Below are positions 48,508 to 57,411 of a DNA stretch of 64,000 bases, in pieces; within the stretch, counting starts at the first letter, position 1, and each line of letters starts with the position of its first letter. This DNA comes from an uncultured Anaerolineales bacterium. GTDB lineage: Bacteria > Chloroflexota > Anaerolineae > Anaerolineales > RBG-16-64-43. Where the stretch lies: positions 1,853 to 65,852 of the forward strand of contig CAYGXJ010000078.1 of the NCBI GenBank assembly GCA_964353865.1. Direction: 5' to 3'. Made by a program: the position numbers and the translations under genes. The notes beneath the pieces were generated by a model. The model had not been told where the DNA came from, did not search any database, and saw only the letters and a program-made list of their open reading frames with translations.

Positions 48508-49473
48508 TCACACGGCAATCGTTGGGCCGCGTTCGATGTGCGCGATGCGTCCGAAACGATGCAAGCCAGCTTCACTCGCCAAGGTCTTGGCGCACTCCAA
48601 TTCGCGCGGCGTGATCTTGCGATACAGATCGCCCAGTCCCTTGGCGCTGCGCGTGGGCCGGAAGTCGTCCACCAGATGGAGATAGGTGTCGGGCGATATC
48701 TGCCGCGCTAGAAAGCGGACAACGTAGGAAGTGCCGGCCAGGCGGTTAGGTAGCACCACGTGGCGCACGAGCAGCCCGCGCACGGCGCAGCCCTCATCGC
48801 TCACCATCAGATCGCCCACCTGGCGGTACATCTCACGCAGGGCGGCGCGGTTGATGCGCGGGTAGTCGCGCACATCGAGGAAGCGGCGCGCCTGGCGCGT
48901 ATAACCGAAGCGCATCTCCGGGGCGTAGATGTCGACAACCCCCTCCAGCAAGGCCAGAGCCACCGGAGCGTCGTATCCGTTTGAGTTGTATACCAGCGGC
49001 AGAGTCAAACCTTGGCGGGCGGCAATTGCCAGCGCCTCAAGGATCTGTGCCACGACGTGGCTGGGGTTGACCAGATTGATGTTGTGGCAGCCAGCGTTTT
49101 GCAGCTCACGCATGCACGCCGCCAGGGCGGCGGGTGTTACCTCGCGCTCCGAGCTTTCATGGCTGAAGGCCATCGGGCGCTGTTCGTTAAGCGGCGCGCC
49201 GGGTTTGCGAAGTTCGCCGCCGGCGAAGAGGATCGCGCCCGAGCCGCGCGATCCGACGAGGCTCGCCTCTTCGTGGTAGTTGGGGATGAAGGCCAGCATG
49301 CGCGCGTCGCGCCCGGTGCGGCATGCGCCAGCTTCGCGAGTGCGATCGGCACCGCAAACGCGCGGGCACAGGTCGCACGCCGAAAGGCGCGCGCGGGCGC
49401 GCTTGGCCCGCTCGGCGAGAGCCGTCTTGCGGCCAAGGCGCAGGTAACCCGGGGCTGGGTCAGAAGCTGACAT
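48508..49473 (-). CDS. PflX-like paralog lacking the radical-SAM CX3CX2C cysteines
   Basis: Colinear with the downstream paralog (GCHNINLV.PSHVVAQILEA, PLVYNS.GYD, RGLLVRH.VLPN.LAGTS), but the cluster motif reads GGELRKPGAPLNEQ. The N-terminal CDLCPRVC-x10-C motif is retained. Confidence 0.8.
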   Translation of the reverse strand: MSASDPAPGYLRLGRKTALAERAKRARARLSACDLCPRVCGADRTREAGACRTGRDARMLAFIPNYHEEASLVGSRGSGAILFAGGELRKPGAPLNEQRPMAFSHESSEREVTPAALAACMRELQNAGCHNINLVNPSHVVAQILEALAIAARQGLTLPLVYNSNGYDAPVALALLEGVVDIYAPEMRFGYTRQARRFLDVRDYPRINRAALREMYRQVGDLMVSDEGCAVRGLLVRHVVLPNRLAGTSYVVRFLARQISPDTYLHLVDDFRPTRSAKGLGDLYRKITPRELECAKTLASEAGLHRFGRIAHIERGPTIAV

Positions 49474-49611
49474 GCGGCAAAGGGGCGGTTGGCATGGGCA
49501 TCAAAACGAATCTCGCGGACGGCACCTGGCAAATTCGCGCCGACCCCACTTGATTGTACCTAAGGTTGGATTGACGGCCCGGCGCGGGGTATGGTATGAT
49601 GCTCGGCATTC

Positions 49612-49689
49612 GGGGGCGTGGTGTAGCTGGCCTAACACGCGGCCCTGTCAAGGCCGAGACCGCGGGTTCGAATCCCGTCGCTCCCGCCA
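49612..49689 (+). tRNA. tRNA-Asp (anticodon GTC), CCA encoded
   Basis: Hand-folded. Acceptor GGGGGCG/CGCTCCC (one G-U pair), D stem GTGT/ACAC, anticodon stem CGGCC/GGCCG with loop CTGTCAA, T arm GCGGG-TTCGAAT-CCCGT, then G-CCA. Confidence 0.9.
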
Positions 49690-49698
49690 CGAACGAAT

Positions 49699-49745
49699 GG
49701 AGGCTCCAGCCGGATCTTTTCGGCTGCGGCCTCCTTTCTGTTATT
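49699..49745 (+). terminator. rho-independent terminator after tRNA-Asp
   Basis: GGAGGCTCCAGCCG-GATCTTTT-CGGCTGCGGCCTCC followed by TTTCTGTTATT. Confidence 0.75.
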
Positions 49746-50172
49746 GGGCAGCCGCCTTGGGGCGTGCATCGCACGAAGGACCCCACTGGTCGAATCCGAA
49801 CCAGCCGCGAGGTACTTGGCCCCCAAAGACCACCGCATGAGGGTCCGGACTTGATCTGTCGAACGTTGCGTTTCGACCTCCATCAGATCAGCAACCCGGA
49901 TACGGATACCTCGCCCCCATCCGCGATTGGGCCACCACGCCCTGGTGCGCATCGATCGAATCGTTTCAACCGGTCGCAAGGAGAGGGAACTTGTGAGGCA
50001 GATCGCCCCTCGGCAGGATCTTGATCCGTGCTGGCGACAACCAAGGTGGAGGCGCACGAAGCGCGAAGGGGCGAAGAGAGGAGCGCGGCCCCATCGATCT
50101 GGCTCGGCGGGATTCAAGGACGCCAATTCCGCACCGGTCGGCGAAACGCGACGACTCGCCGCCCGAGGAAAG

Positions 50173-50199
50173 GTGCGGGATCGGCAGTGCGGGATCGGC
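50173..50199 (+). promoter_or_regulatory. tandem 13-bp direct repeat GTGCGGGATCGGC (x2, 14-bp period) abutting the -35 element
   Basis: 50173-50185 and 50187-50199 are identical. The second copy ends 3 nt before TTGACA. Confidence 0.5.
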
Positions 50200-50202
50200 G
50201 TG

Positions 50203-50231
50203 TTGACACCCCAGTCCACCCATGCTATCCT
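50203..50231 (+). promoter_or_regulatory. sigma-70-type promoter TTGACA-N17-TATCCT of the gntR / methyl-transfer operon
   Basis: -35 at 50203-50208 and -10 at 50226-50231. Confidence 0.6.
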
Positions 50232-50240
50232 GTCCCCGAG

Positions 50241-50264
50241 ATTGGTATATACCACCAGACCAAT
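50241..50264. promoter_or_regulatory. GntR/HutC-type operator: perfect palindrome TGGTATATACCA (50243-50254) nested in ATTGGT...ACCAAT
   Basis: Contains the GT-N-TA-N-AC core typical of HutC-family sites. Lies between the -10 element and ATG 50283. Confidence 0.6.
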
Positions 50265-50282
50265 TTGTTCCAGGCGACACAA

Positions 50283-51071
50283 ATGACGTCTTCCAAGGCC
50301 GAACACGCCTCGCTCAATCCTCTCCAGCTCAAACCTGTCAACCGTCTGGTGGCCGGCGTGCCTCTCTACATTCAGATAGCAGAAGGACTCCTGACCTGGG
50401 TCGATTCGGGTCGCCTCGCTCCTGGCGATCGCCTGCCGCCCGAGCGCGACCTGAGCCAGATGCTTGGCGTGAACCGAATGACTTTGCGCCGTGCGCTGGA
50501 GATGCTCGAGGCGCAGGGGCTGCTGGCGCGCCGCCAAGGTGCCGGCACCTACATCGCCGACCGCAAGATCGAGCGCCAGGCCGGGCAACTAGTCTCGTTC
50601 ACCAAGCGCATGCGCGAGCAAGGCTTCACGCCTGGGGCGAAGGTGATCTCGTTTGAGGAGCGGCCGTGCGGCGCAGCTCTGGCGGCGGCGCTGCGGCTGC
50701 CGGCATTTGCGCCCGTCTACGACATCCGCCGGCTGCGATTCCTCAACGGCCAGCCGGTGCTGCTCGAGCACTATACGCTCCCGATCATGCGCTTTGCGCG
50801 CCTGGCGCGATACGATCTTGAGCAAAACTCGTTGTACGAGGTGCTGCATGAGCACTACGGGGTGGATGTGCATCGGGCGCGCCTCAGCCTGGAGGCGGTG
50901 CTGGCCACCGCGTACGAGTCTGAGCAATTGCTCGTGCCGCTGAGCGCACCGCTGATGCTTGAACGCCGGCTTTCATATGATGCTCTGGGAGCGCCGGTGG
51001 ACCACGGCGAGGACTACTACCGGGGGGACCGTTTTCAATTCGTCACCGAGACGGCGGCGCTGGCGCTGTAG
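50283..51071 (+). CDS. GntR/HutC-family transcriptional regulator (wHTH plus UTRA domain)
   Basis: PLYIQIAEGL...GDRLPPERDLSQMLGVNRMTLRRALEMLEAQGLLARRQGAGTYI followed by a UTRA-like C-terminus. ATG 50283. Confidence 0.88.
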   Translation: MTSSKAEHASLNPLQLKPVNRLVAGVPLYIQIAEGLLTWVDSGRLAPGDRLPPERDLSQMLGVNRMTLRRALEMLEAQGLLARRQGAGTYIADRKIERQAGQLVSFTKRMREQGFTPGAKVISFEERPCGAALAAALRLPAFAPVYDIRRLRFLNGQPVLLEHYTLPIMRFARLARYDLEQNSLYEVLHEHYGVDVHRARLSLEAVLATAYESEQLLVPLSAPLMLERRLSYDALGAPVDHGEDYYRGDRFQFVTETAALAL

Positions 51072-51122
51072 ACCTGCGCCGTGCGAGGCGGCCATTCCGC
51101 CAGGTGAAAGAGGGACGAGGCG

Positions 51123-52643
51123 ATGGGCCAATACTTCGAACTGCTGAGCCGCGATCAGGTGCTGCGGGTTCACGAGGCATCACTGGAGATTCTCGACGAG
51201 GTGGGGCTGCTCATCCGCAATGCGCAAGCGCGTGAGATCCTCGCTGCACATGGCTGCCGCCCGCTGCCCGGGAGCGAGATCATGCACTTCCCGCGAGCCG
51301 TGGTTGAAGAGTTCCGCGTCTCGATCCCGCCCACCTTCACTTTTGGCGGCCGCGAGCCGCGCTTCGACCGGACGATCCCGGACGACAGCCCGGTGATGGT
51401 CACCGGCAGTTCGGCGCCGAACATCATCGACCCGCTGACCGGGCAGGAGCGACGCGCGCGCTCGGAAGACTTGGCACGCATCGCCCATCTCGTCAACGGA
51501 CTCCCGGGGTACGACGTCTTCTCCATCTCAACTCTGGCCGAAGACGCCCCTGCGGGCATGTTCAGCCTCACCCGCTTCTATGCCGCACTTAAGAACTGCG
51601 CCAAGCCGGTGCGCGGCAGCGGCCCGCCTGAGGACACCGAGAAGATTCTGCAACTGGCGTATACCATCGCCGGAAGCGAAGCCGCCTACCGGGCACATCC
51701 TTTCGTGACCCATCACTACTGCCCGGTGGTTTCGCCGCTGACGATGGATTTCGATTCGACCCAGATGCTCATCTATTACACCGAGCAAGGGCTGCCCTGC
51801 TACCCGACCATTGTCCCCAACGCCGGGCTCACATCGCCGCTGACTCTCCTGGGGACTTTAGCCCAGGGCAATGCGGAATTCCTGGCCGCGGCGGTTCTCG
51901 AGCAAATGGTGCGGCCCGGCAAAGCTACGATCTACGCCATGTTACCTACCGTGGCCGATATGCGCAGCGGGGCCTACGCGCCGGGCGCGATCGAGACCGG
52001 CGTGCTCTTCGTGGGGCACGCGCAGATGGCACGTTTCTACAATGTGCCCAACGGCGGCTACATTGGGCTGACCAATTCCAAACTCAACGACGCCCAATCG
52101 GGCTACGAGACCGGTATGTCGCTGGCGCTTGGCCTGGCGGCCGGCGTGGACATGTTCAACACCGGCGGGTTGCTGGACGCGTTGATGGCATTCGATTTTG
52201 CCAAGGCGGCCATTGACGACGAAATCTTCATGATGGCCAAGCGGGCCAAGCGCGGACTGGAGTTCAGCGAGGACAACCTGGCCCTCGATCTGATTCGCGA
52301 GGTGGGACCGGCGGGCATGTTTATGGACAACGCGCACACGTTGGAGCGCATGAAGACGGCCGCCTTCCTGCCCGAGATTTCGGATCGCGACGCTCGCGCC
52401 CAGTGGATCGAGCGCGGCGCCCTGGACTCACAGGAGCGCGCGATGCGCAAGGTGCAAGACATTCTGACCTGCGACAACCCGGTTGTGTTTTCCGCGGAGG
52501 TCGATGCACGCGTGCGCGCCAAATTCGCCGGTCTGGTGGCTGGGGACTCGCGCCCGCCCGAAGGCTGGACACGCGCCGCCCGGACCGCCCGGCGTGAGCG
52601 CACTGAACGGCGGCGACGCGAAGCGGCTGGCCAGAGCAGCTGA
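51123..52643 (+). CDS. MttB-superfamily (non-pyrrolysine) methyltransferase, probable quaternary-amine:corrinoid methyltransferase
   Basis: 506 aa with no in-frame TAG. MttB-like along the full length (LSRDQVLRVHEASLEILDEVG..., IDDEIFMMAKR..., TLERMK). Substrate unknown. Confidence 0.8.
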   Translation: MGQYFELLSRDQVLRVHEASLEILDEVGLLIRNAQAREILAAHGCRPLPGSEIMHFPRAVVEEFRVSIPPTFTFGGREPRFDRTIPDDSPVMVTGSSAPNIIDPLTGQERRARSEDLARIAHLVNGLPGYDVFSISTLAEDAPAGMFSLTRFYAALKNCAKPVRGSGPPEDTEKILQLAYTIAGSEAAYRAHPFVTHHYCPVVSPLTMDFDSTQMLIYYTEQGLPCYPTIVPNAGLTSPLTLLGTLAQGNAEFLAAAVLEQMVRPGKATIYAMLPTVADMRSGAYAPGAIETGVLFVGHAQMARFYNVPNGGYIGLTNSKLNDAQSGYETGMSLALGLAAGVDMFNTGGLLDALMAFDFAKAAIDDEIFMMAKRAKRGLEFSEDNLALDLIREVGPAGMFMDNAHTLERMKTAAFLPEISDRDARAQWIERGALDSQERAMRKVQDILTCDNPVVFSAEVDARVRAKFAGLVAGDSRPPEGWTRAARTARRERTERRRREAAGQSS

Positions 52644-52690
52644 CGTGTGCCGCGAGGCCGGGAGTGGGAGAGGGGCAGGCCCGGCCCTCA

Positions 52691-54766
52691 ATGCATACCC
52701 ATCGATATGGGACGGATGACACTGTGACCGACAAGCCAACCTCAATCCCCGAACACCAACTCGTGCTCGTGCCATCCGGGCGGCGCGGACTCATCGCAGA
52801 GGGGACCGACCTGCTCACCGCCTGCCGCTCACTGGGGGTGGATCTGGAATCGATTTGCGGCGGCAAGCAGACCTGCGGCAAATGCCAGGTCGTCGTGGAG
52901 GAAGGGCGCTACGAGAAACACGGCCTCACCTCCGTCGCACGTCACCTCTCGCCGCCCGAGGCGCAAGAGATCGCCTGCGCGGCCAAATTCGATATCCACG
53001 GCCGACGGCTGGCCTGCGCCGCCCGCGTGCAGGGCGAATTGCTGGTCAGCGTGCCGGAGGAAAGCCAGGCGCGCAAACAGGTCATCGCCAAAGAGGCCAC
53101 TGAGCGCACGATAACCATCCAGCCCGCGGTGCGGCTCATCTATATAGAAGTGACCCCGGCCAACCTGGGTGACCATCGCGGGGATTGGCAACGGGTGCAG
53201 CAGGCGCTGCGTGAACAATGGCAGATCGCGTCGCCGGTCCTCGACCCGGCCGTGCTGCCCAGCCTGCAACCGGCGCTGCGCCGTGGCGGGAGCACGCTGA
53301 CCCTCACCCTGTGGGACGAGCGCGAGGTGCTGCGCATCGAGCCCGGCTATGTGGAGCGGCTGGTCGGCCTGGCGGTGGATGTGGGTTCAACCACTATCGC
53401 GGCTCACCTGTGCGACTTGCGCACCGGCGCCGTGCTCGCCAGCGAATCGATGATGAATCCCCAGGTGCGCTTCGGCGAAGACCTGATGAGCCGAGTGTCG
53501 TACGGCATGAGCGAGCCGCAAGGCGTGGCACGCATGCACCGTGCGGTCATCCGCGCCATCAACGAATTGGCCGAGAAGGCCGCTGCCCGCGGCGGGTTTA
53601 CCTCGGGCGAGATCGTCGACAGCGTGCTGGTGGGCAACAGCATCATGCATCACCTGCTGCTCGGGCTTGACCCGGTTGAGCTGGGCGGTGCGCCGTTTGC
53701 GCTGGCCACCTCCGGACCGCTCGACATGAAGGCGCGCGACCTGGGGCTGGCGTTCCACCGCGGCGCGCGGGTGCACGTGCTGCCGTGTATCGCCGGGCAT
53801 GTGGGCGCCGACCACGTGGCGGCGCTGCTGGCCGAGGCGCCGCACAAGCAAGATGAAGCGATGCTGCTCATCGATGTGGGGACCAACGCCGAGATCTCGC
53901 TCGGCAACCGCGAGCGAATGATGTGCGCCTCAAGCCCGACCGGGCCGGCCTTCGAGGGCGCGCAAATCACCCACGGCCAGCGCGCCGCTCCGGGCGCCAT
54001 CGAGCGGGTGCGCATCGACCGCGTCACGCTCGAGCCGCACTTGAAGGTCATCGGCCATGAGACCTGGGTGGAGCCGCAGGCTGCGGACGAAGTGCCTGCC
54101 CAGGCACGTGCCACCGGCATCTGCGGCAGCGGCATCATCGAGGCCGTAGCGGAGATGTTCCTGGCCGGCATCATCACCTCCGACGGCCGCTTCGACGAAC
54201 AGGCCGCCGAGCGCTCACCGCGCGTGCAATTCGAAGGACGCACCGGGCGCTACGTGCTCGCGGACGCCGCGCAAACCGCTACCGGCGCGCCGATCGTGGT
54301 CACTCAGAGCGATGTGCGCGCGATTCAATTAGCCAAGGCGGCGTTGTATGCCGGCGTGCGGCTGCTCATGGAACATCAGGGCGTCGCGCAGGTCGACCGC
54401 ATTGCACTGGCCGGCGCCTTCGGCAGTTACATCAGCCCGCGCCACGCGATGATCCTGGGCATGATCCCAGACTGCGAGCTGGAGCGCGTGCAGGCCGTAG
54501 GTAATTCGGCGGGCGACGGAGCGCGCATTGCCCTGCTCGACCGCGAGCAGCGAGTGGAGGCGGAGCGGCTGGCGAGATGGGTGGAGCACGTGCAGACAGC
54601 CACCGAGCCCACCTTTCAAGATCTGTTCGTCGCGGCGCTTGCCTTGCCGCACGCGAGCGACGCCTTCCCTCATTTGCAGGCCGAGCTTCCTGCCCCGCGA
54701 ACCGCCGCACGGGCGCGGCCGCGGCAAAGCCACACCAACCCATCCCACCTGGAGAATGCGGAATGA
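52691..54766 (+). CDS. corrinoid reductive-activation ATPase (RACo / RamA-like; N-terminal [2Fe-2S] ferredoxin plus ASKHA ATPase)
   Basis: CGGKQTCGKCQV...LACAARV plant-type 2Fe-2S motif. ASKHA region GLAVDVGSTTIAAHL, LLIDVGTNAEI. Start ATG 52691 (52664/52724 are alternatives). Confidence 0.82.
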   Translation: MHTHRYGTDDTVTDKPTSIPEHQLVLVPSGRRGLIAEGTDLLTACRSLGVDLESICGGKQTCGKCQVVVEEGRYEKHGLTSVARHLSPPEAQEIACAAKFDIHGRRLACAARVQGELLVSVPEESQARKQVIAKEATERTITIQPAVRLIYIEVTPANLGDHRGDWQRVQQALREQWQIASPVLDPAVLPSLQPALRRGGSTLTLTLWDEREVLRIEPGYVERLVGLAVDVGSTTIAAHLCDLRTGAVLASESMMNPQVRFGEDLMSRVSYGMSEPQGVARMHRAVIRAINELAEKAAARGGFTSGEIVDSVLVGNSIMHHLLLGLDPVELGGAPFALATSGPLDMKARDLGLAFHRGARVHVLPCIAGHVGADHVAALLAEAPHKQDEAMLLIDVGTNAEISLGNRERMMCASSPTGPAFEGAQITHGQRAAPGAIERVRIDRVTLEPHLKVIGHETWVEPQAADEVPAQARATGICGSGIIEAVAEMFLAGIITSDGRFDEQAAERSPRVQFEGRTGRYVLADAAQTATGAPIVVTQSDVRAIQLAKAALYAGVRLLMEHQGVAQVDRIALAGAFGSYISPRHAMILGMIPDCELERVQAVGNSAGDGARIALLDREQRVEAERLARWVEHVQTATEPTFQDLFVAALALPHASDAFPHLQAELPAPRTAARARPRQSHTNPSHLENAE

Positions 54767-55446
54767 GCGAGGAATTGGATCTGACCAAGCTGCCGACCGA
54801 GGAGATCGTCCTGCAGATCAAGGACGACCTGTATGATGGACTGGCGGCTGAAGTTGCGGCCGCGGTCCGGGAACTGCTGCGTCGCGGCCTGACGCCCTAC
54901 GAGGTTCTAACCGGATCGCTCGTGGCCGGGATGGATGTCGTGGGTGCGGATTTCCGCGACGGGGTCCTCTTCGTGCCCGAGGTGCTCATGGCCGCCAAGT
55001 CCATGAAGGCCGGCATGGAAATCCTGCGCCCGCTGCTGGTGGAGACCGGCGCGCCGCAGATCGGCACGTTCGTCATCGGGACGGTGAAAGGCGACATTCA
55101 CGACATCGGCAAGAACCTGGTGGCGATGATGATGGAGGGGGCCGGGTTCAAGGTGGTGAACCTGGGCATCAACGTGGACGCGGAGAAGTTCATCGGCGCG
55201 GTGAAGGAGCACAAGCCCACTCTCTTCGGCATGAGCGCGCTGCTGACCACGACCATGCCGTACATGGGGGTGGTGATCAAGGCTCTCAAGGAAGCCGGGT
55301 TGCGCGACGACCTGATTGTCTTGGTCGGCGGCGCACCGCTTAACGCCACTTTTGCCGAAGAGATCGAGGCCGACGCCTACTGTCGCGATGCGGCCATCGC
55401 GGTCGAAACGGCCAAGAAACTGGTCGCGCTCAAGCGCGGGGGCTAG
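54763..55446 (+). CDS. corrinoid (B12-binding) protein, cap plus Rossmann domain
   Basis: DxHxxG base-off/His-on motif GDIHDIGKN, MSALLTTT, VGGAP. ATGA overlap with the activase stop. Confidence 0.9.
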   Translation: MSEELDLTKLPTEEIVLQIKDDLYDGLAAEVAAAVRELLRRGLTPYEVLTGSLVAGMDVVGADFRDGVLFVPEVLMAAKSMKAGMEILRPLLVETGAPQIGTFVIGTVKGDIHDIGKNLVAMMMEGAGFKVVNLGINVDAEKFIGAVKEHKPTLFGMSALLTTTMPYMGVVIKALKEAGLRDDLIVLVGGAPLNATFAEEIEADAYCRDAAIAVETAKKLVALKRGG

Positions 55447-55587
55447 CTTGGCCGCATGGGCAGGAGCGCGTCGGACGAGGCGGGACGGCGGCCAGGGGCT
55501 TGGGCGGGCCGACAATGGGCATCCGCTACCCACCTCGATCGGTGACATCGATATCGGTCCAGACCACGTCGCCAACAAGGAGGCCGA

Positions 55588-56475
55588 ATGACAACCTGGA
55601 GTGAGTTGCTGGCGCAGCCAGGAGTGATCCTCGCCGATGGCGCGATGGGCACGATGCTGATGGCAAACGGACTGGCATTCGGCAATTCCCCTGAACTATG
55701 GAACGTCGATGAGCCGCAGCGCGTGGGAGAGGTTCACGCGGCTTACCTCCAAGCGGGCGCGCGCATCCTCCTGACCAACACATTCGGCGGGAACCGCTTC
55801 CGCTTGCAGCTCCACAACTTGCAGGAGCGTGCCGCCGAACTGAACCGCGCTGCGGCACGCCTGGCTCGCGAAGCCGCGGGGGGCACCGCGCTGGTGGCGG
55901 GCGACATCGGCCCCAGCGGGGGCATCCTGGCGCCCCTCGGCGAACTGGAGCCCGAGGCAGCCGTGGCCGGGTTCGCCGAGCAGGCGGCGGCGCTGGTCGA
56001 GGGCGGGGTCGACGTGATCTGGCTCGAGACGATGTCGAGCCTGGAAGAGATGCGCGCGGCTATCGACGGAGTGCGGCGGGCGTCGGCGGGTATCCCGATC
56101 ATCACCACGATGACGTTCGATACGCGCGGGCGGACGATGATGGGTGTGACGCCCGCGCGCGCGGCGCAGACTCTGAGCGGATGGGGGGCCGTGGCGGTGG
56201 GGGGCAACTGCGGCAACGGGCCGGACGAAATCCTCGAAGTGGTGGCCAAGATGCGGGCGACGGCGCCCGCCGCCACGCTCGTGGCCAAAGCCAACGCCGG
56301 CGTGCCGCACCTTGCGGCCGGGCGTCCGGTTTACGGCGCCGGCCCGGACGACATGGCGCGCTACGCCATCGCGGCCGTCGAGGCCGGGGCGCGCGTCATC
56401 GGCGCGTGCTGCGGAAGCACACCAGACCATTTGCGAGCGATGCGCGATGCGCTCGCAGCCAAAGGCCTGCTCTAG
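55588..56475 (+). CDS. stand-alone homocysteine S-methyltransferase-domain protein (MetH Hcy-module-like)
   Basis: ILADGAMGTML, LLTNTFGGN, Zn-ligand Cys in GGNCG and GACCGSTP. AGGAGG RBS. Confidence 0.85.
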   Translation: MTTWSELLAQPGVILADGAMGTMLMANGLAFGNSPELWNVDEPQRVGEVHAAYLQAGARILLTNTFGGNRFRLQLHNLQERAAELNRAAARLAREAAGGTALVAGDIGPSGGILAPLGELEPEAAVAGFAEQAAALVEGGVDVIWLETMSSLEEMRAAIDGVRRASAGIPIITTMTFDTRGRTMMGVTPARAAQTLSGWGAVAVGGNCGNGPDEILEVVAKMRATAPAATLVAKANAGVPHLAAGRPVYGAGPDDMARYAIAAVEAGARVIGACCGSTPDHLRAMRDALAAKGLL

Positions 56476-56480
56476 CGGGA

Positions 56481-57071
56481 GTGGTTGAGTTGCGAACTGC
56501 CTTGATCGCCTGTGGTGCATTGGCGCGCGAAGTGCTGGCTCTCAAAGCCAAACACAACTGGCAGGCGGAGGTGCTGGCCGTGCCGTCTTTGTTGCACAAC
56601 ACACCCGACCGCATCCCGCAGGCCGTGGCGCGGCGCATCCGCGAAGCGCGTGCCGCCTTCGACCGGGTCATCGTCGTTTACGGCGATTGCGGCACGGGCG
56701 GCCGGCTGGATGCGCTGCTCGCCGCCGAAGGCGTTGAACGTGTGGCGGGGCCTCATTGTTACGAGATGTACGCCAATGGTCAGTTCCAGGCGATGATGGA
56801 CCGCGCGCCGGGCACGTTTTTCCTCACCGACTATTTGGCGCGTTCATTCGATCATCTGGTCGTGGAGCGATTGGGTCTCGATCGCCACCCGGAACTGCGC
56901 GAGGACTTCTTCGCCAACTACACCAAGGTGGTCTATCTGGCGCAGGAGGACAAAGCGGAGCTGGTGGCCAAGGCGGAATGGGCTGCGCGCGCCCTTGGGC
57001 TGCCGCTGGAGGTGGTGCGTGTGGGCTACGGTGCACTCGAATCACGGCTGGTGGAGATGATGAAAGCATGA
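56481..57071 (+). CDS. DUF1638-family protein
   Basis: LIACGALAREV...SLLHNTPDRIP...VIVVYGDCGTGG...GPHCYEMY matches my recollection of the DUF1638 pattern. GTG 56481 or TTG 56490. Confidence 0.7.
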   Translation: MVELRTALIACGALAREVLALKAKHNWQAEVLAVPSLLHNTPDRIPQAVARRIREARAAFDRVIVVYGDCGTGGRLDALLAAEGVERVAGPHCYEMYANGQFQAMMDRAPGTFFLTDYLARSFDHLVVERLGLDRHPELREDFFANYTKVVYLAQEDKAELVAKAEWAARALGLPLEVVRVGYGALESRLVEMMKA

Positions 57072-57373
57072 GCGTTGACGTTCGTATCGTTTCGTGGCGC
57101 GATATCCCGGCGCAGGTGAAGATCGGCGCCGGACGTGCGCGCATATCGCGTCCACTCGCCGAGCGCTTTCAGCGCGCGATCGACGAGGCGGCGATGCGCG
57201 CCGGAAAAAGCGGCAGCGACGAATACCTCACCGAGTGGCGCACCTCCGACCCCGAGACCCGCGAAGGGGAACCCGAATCGGTGGCCGCGGAACTCGTGGC
57301 GGAGATCGAGGCCGCGTACCCCGAGGCGCGGCTGCAGGCCTTGGTGGCTCAGCGCGGGTTAGAGGCCGCATAG
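57068..57373 (+). CDS. small conserved protein with WRDIPAQV motif (I recall this as the Pfam 'Virulence factor' family that accompanies MetF/DUF1638 clusters)
   Basis: 101 aa. ATGA overlap with the DUF1638 gene stop. The family assignment is from memory only. Confidence 0.55.
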   Translation: MSVDVRIVSWRDIPAQVKIGAGRARISRPLAERFQRAIDEAAMRAGKSGSDEYLTEWRTSDPETREGEPESVAAELVAEIEAAYPEARLQALVAQRGLEAA

Positions 57374-57411
57374 TCCTTGCTGCACGACCGGGCGGGGAGA
57401 AGGTAGAGCGC

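Noticed and set aside
49746-50172. Integrated element or att site next to tRNA-Asp. A T-arm-like CTGGTCGAATCCGAACCAG sits about 40 nt past the terminator.
   Set aside because: There is no integrase or recombinase ORF, no duplicate of the tRNA-Asp 3' end, and the hairpin has a 9-nt loop unlike a T-loop. The 318-aa ORF 49632-50588(-) has no coding character.
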